Below, one piece after another: positions 62,963 through 64,000 of a DNA stretch of 64,000 bases. A model generated the notes under the pieces. The model saw nothing but the letters and a program-made list of their open reading frames with translations. It ran no database searches and had not been told where the DNA came from. This DNA is from Candidatus Dormibacteria bacterium (GTDB lineage Bacteria > Chloroflexota > Dormibacteria > Aeolococcales > Aeolococcaceae). Both the position numbers and the translations under genes were made by a program. The stretch is taken from positions 18,334 through 82,333 of the forward strand of contig JBIOIZ010000004.1 of the NCBI GenBank assembly GCA_044450385.1, written 5' to 3'. Each line of letters starts with the position of its first letter. The stretch's first letter is position 1.

Positions 62963-64000
62963 TCACGCAGACAGCCGTCGTAGCTGGGGGTATCTGGTGA
63001 TGAAGCAGCCCCTCCCCGGGTCCACCGCCATGTGGCCATCCTCACAGATAACCTCACCTCGCGAGACGGTGACATCGACAGCCCCGCGCAGACGCATTCC
63101 TTCGTACACGGAGAAGGACTGCAAGGAGGCGAGATCCGCAGCGTGGACGGTCCACTCACGATCAAGGTCGACGATGATGAGATCGGCGTCGCTCCCCGGA
63201 AGCAAGCTTCCTTTCATGGGGTACAGACCAAAAGCCTTTGCGACGTTCGTCGAGGTCACCTGTGCAACCTGTCCGATTGTCAGCTTACCGGAGTTCACGC
63301 CCGCGCTCAACATCACTGGAACCATCAACCCAAAACTCCCGAAACCCGGACGGGTCCTCCAGATGTCCGCGCCTCTCTTCACTTCCTCCGGATAGGGGAT
63401 ATGGTCGGTGCCGATAGTCGATAGCACACCCTCGTGCAGCGCATCCCACGTCGCGAGGTTGTCCTCTTTGGTGCGCACAGGGGGCATGACTTTCAGCAGG
63501 TTGGCCGCTGGGCTCTCGACGTTGTGCACAAGATAGTGAGGGCAGGTCTCAGCGACGAGGTCCGTCCCGACCGCGAGCTCCTCCACAAGCACCTCGATCG
63601 CAAGTCGACTCCCAATGTGCGGGAAGTACACCGGGACGCCGAGCTGCCGCGAAAGGTATGCAACCTTGCGCACTCCCAGCGCCTCCGCTTCCTCGGGTCG
63701 CGCATAGTGCCACGCCAGAAGGCCCTCGAGGCCGAGTGCGCGAACACGTTCTGTCTGCCTGATGACCAGATCGGCTTCCTCAACGTGCACGCTCAATCGC
63801 GTCCGAACGGGAAGGGCCGCCAGCGCCTCCATTACGCTGATGAGCAGGCCATCGTCGTAGTCCAAGTCCGCGGTCTGGAGCTCTGTGTCGCCCACAAGCG
63901 GGTCAATCAGGAAGGCCTTTGCGACCGCGGCCTTCAGGTTTGTATACATCTTAAAGGAGGTGATCCCCAGTTCCTCAACGTATCGAGGAATCTCGGCAAC
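62963..64000 (-). CDS. Cyclic amidohydrolase (D-hydantoinase/dihydropyrimidinase/allantoinase family); 5' end outside window
   Basis: ...GITSFKMYTN... (frame stays open to base 64000), ...TCPHYL..., ...IGTDH..., ...GSDADLIIVD... are typical of the family. Confidence 0.88.
   Translation of the reverse strand, partial: VAEIPRYVEELGITSFKMYTNLKAAVAKAFLIDPLVGDTELQTADLDYDDGLLISVMEALAALPVRTRLSVHVEEADLVIRQTERVRALGLEGLLAWHYARPEEAEALGVRKVAYLSRQLGVPVYFPHIGSRLAIEVLVEELAVGTDLVAETCPHYLVHNVESPAANLLKVMPPVRTKEDNLATWDALHEGVLSTIGTDHIPYPEEVKRGADIWRTRPGFGSFGLMVPVMLSAGVNSGKLTIGQVAQVTSTNVAKAFGLYPMKGSLLPGSDADLIIVDLDREWTVHAADLASLQSFSVYEGMRLRGAVDVTVSRGEVICEDGHMAVDPGRGCFITRYPQLRRLSA

Overview
High-GC (about 65-67% by eye), gene-dense bacterial chromosomal DNA with about 65 protein-coding genes. 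I recognised no rRNA, tRNA, CRISPR array, transposase or integrase. Bases 1-39,900 form a large organic-acid catabolic island. It carries three family III CoA-transferases, three MmgE/PrpD-family proteins and three isocitrate/isopropylmalate-dehydrogenase-family proteins. It also carries two HpcH/CitE-superfamily lyases, MaoC, RraA-like, methylisocitrate-lyase-like and HMGL-like enzymes. A HyuA/HyuB ATP-dependent hydantoinase-type pair, an AtuA(DUF1446)/DUF4387 pair, a Liv-type ABC importer, an MFS transporter, and IclR and GntR regulators complete it. Bases 40,000-64,000 are mixed. They hold a split ChrA pair, citrate synthase, VOC proteins, a radical SAM protein with a C-terminal CCAEP tail, and three gene remnants. 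They also hold convergent paralogous membrane proteins next to a low-GC ChrB-N-like gene. A minus-strand operon follows that combines a cyclic amidohydrolase (partial), a beta-propeller, a peptide-type ABC importer, a GAF protein and a polysaccharide-deacetylase-family enzyme. Main hunt results: (1) an AT-rich tandem-heptad element (CCTATAT)x2 recurs six times at five promoter regions of the island; (2) a five-gene, 4-nt-overlap operon (FAH-HyuA-HyuB-CitE-like-CoA-transferase) has a combination I cannot assign to a known pathway; (3) an aconitase-free set of hydroxy-acid enzymes includes an HMGL-like gene with a 15-nt in-frame tandem duplication inside its catalytic motif; (4) the CCAEP-tail radical SAM gene is preceded by a chain of ATGA-linked mini-ORFs; (5) a deletion scar fuses MarR and aldo/keto-reductase remnants; (6) three 13-bp tandem repeats fill a 5' leader. 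All functional calls come from motif and family recognition by eye; no database search was run. Motif coordinates may be off by 1-2 nt.
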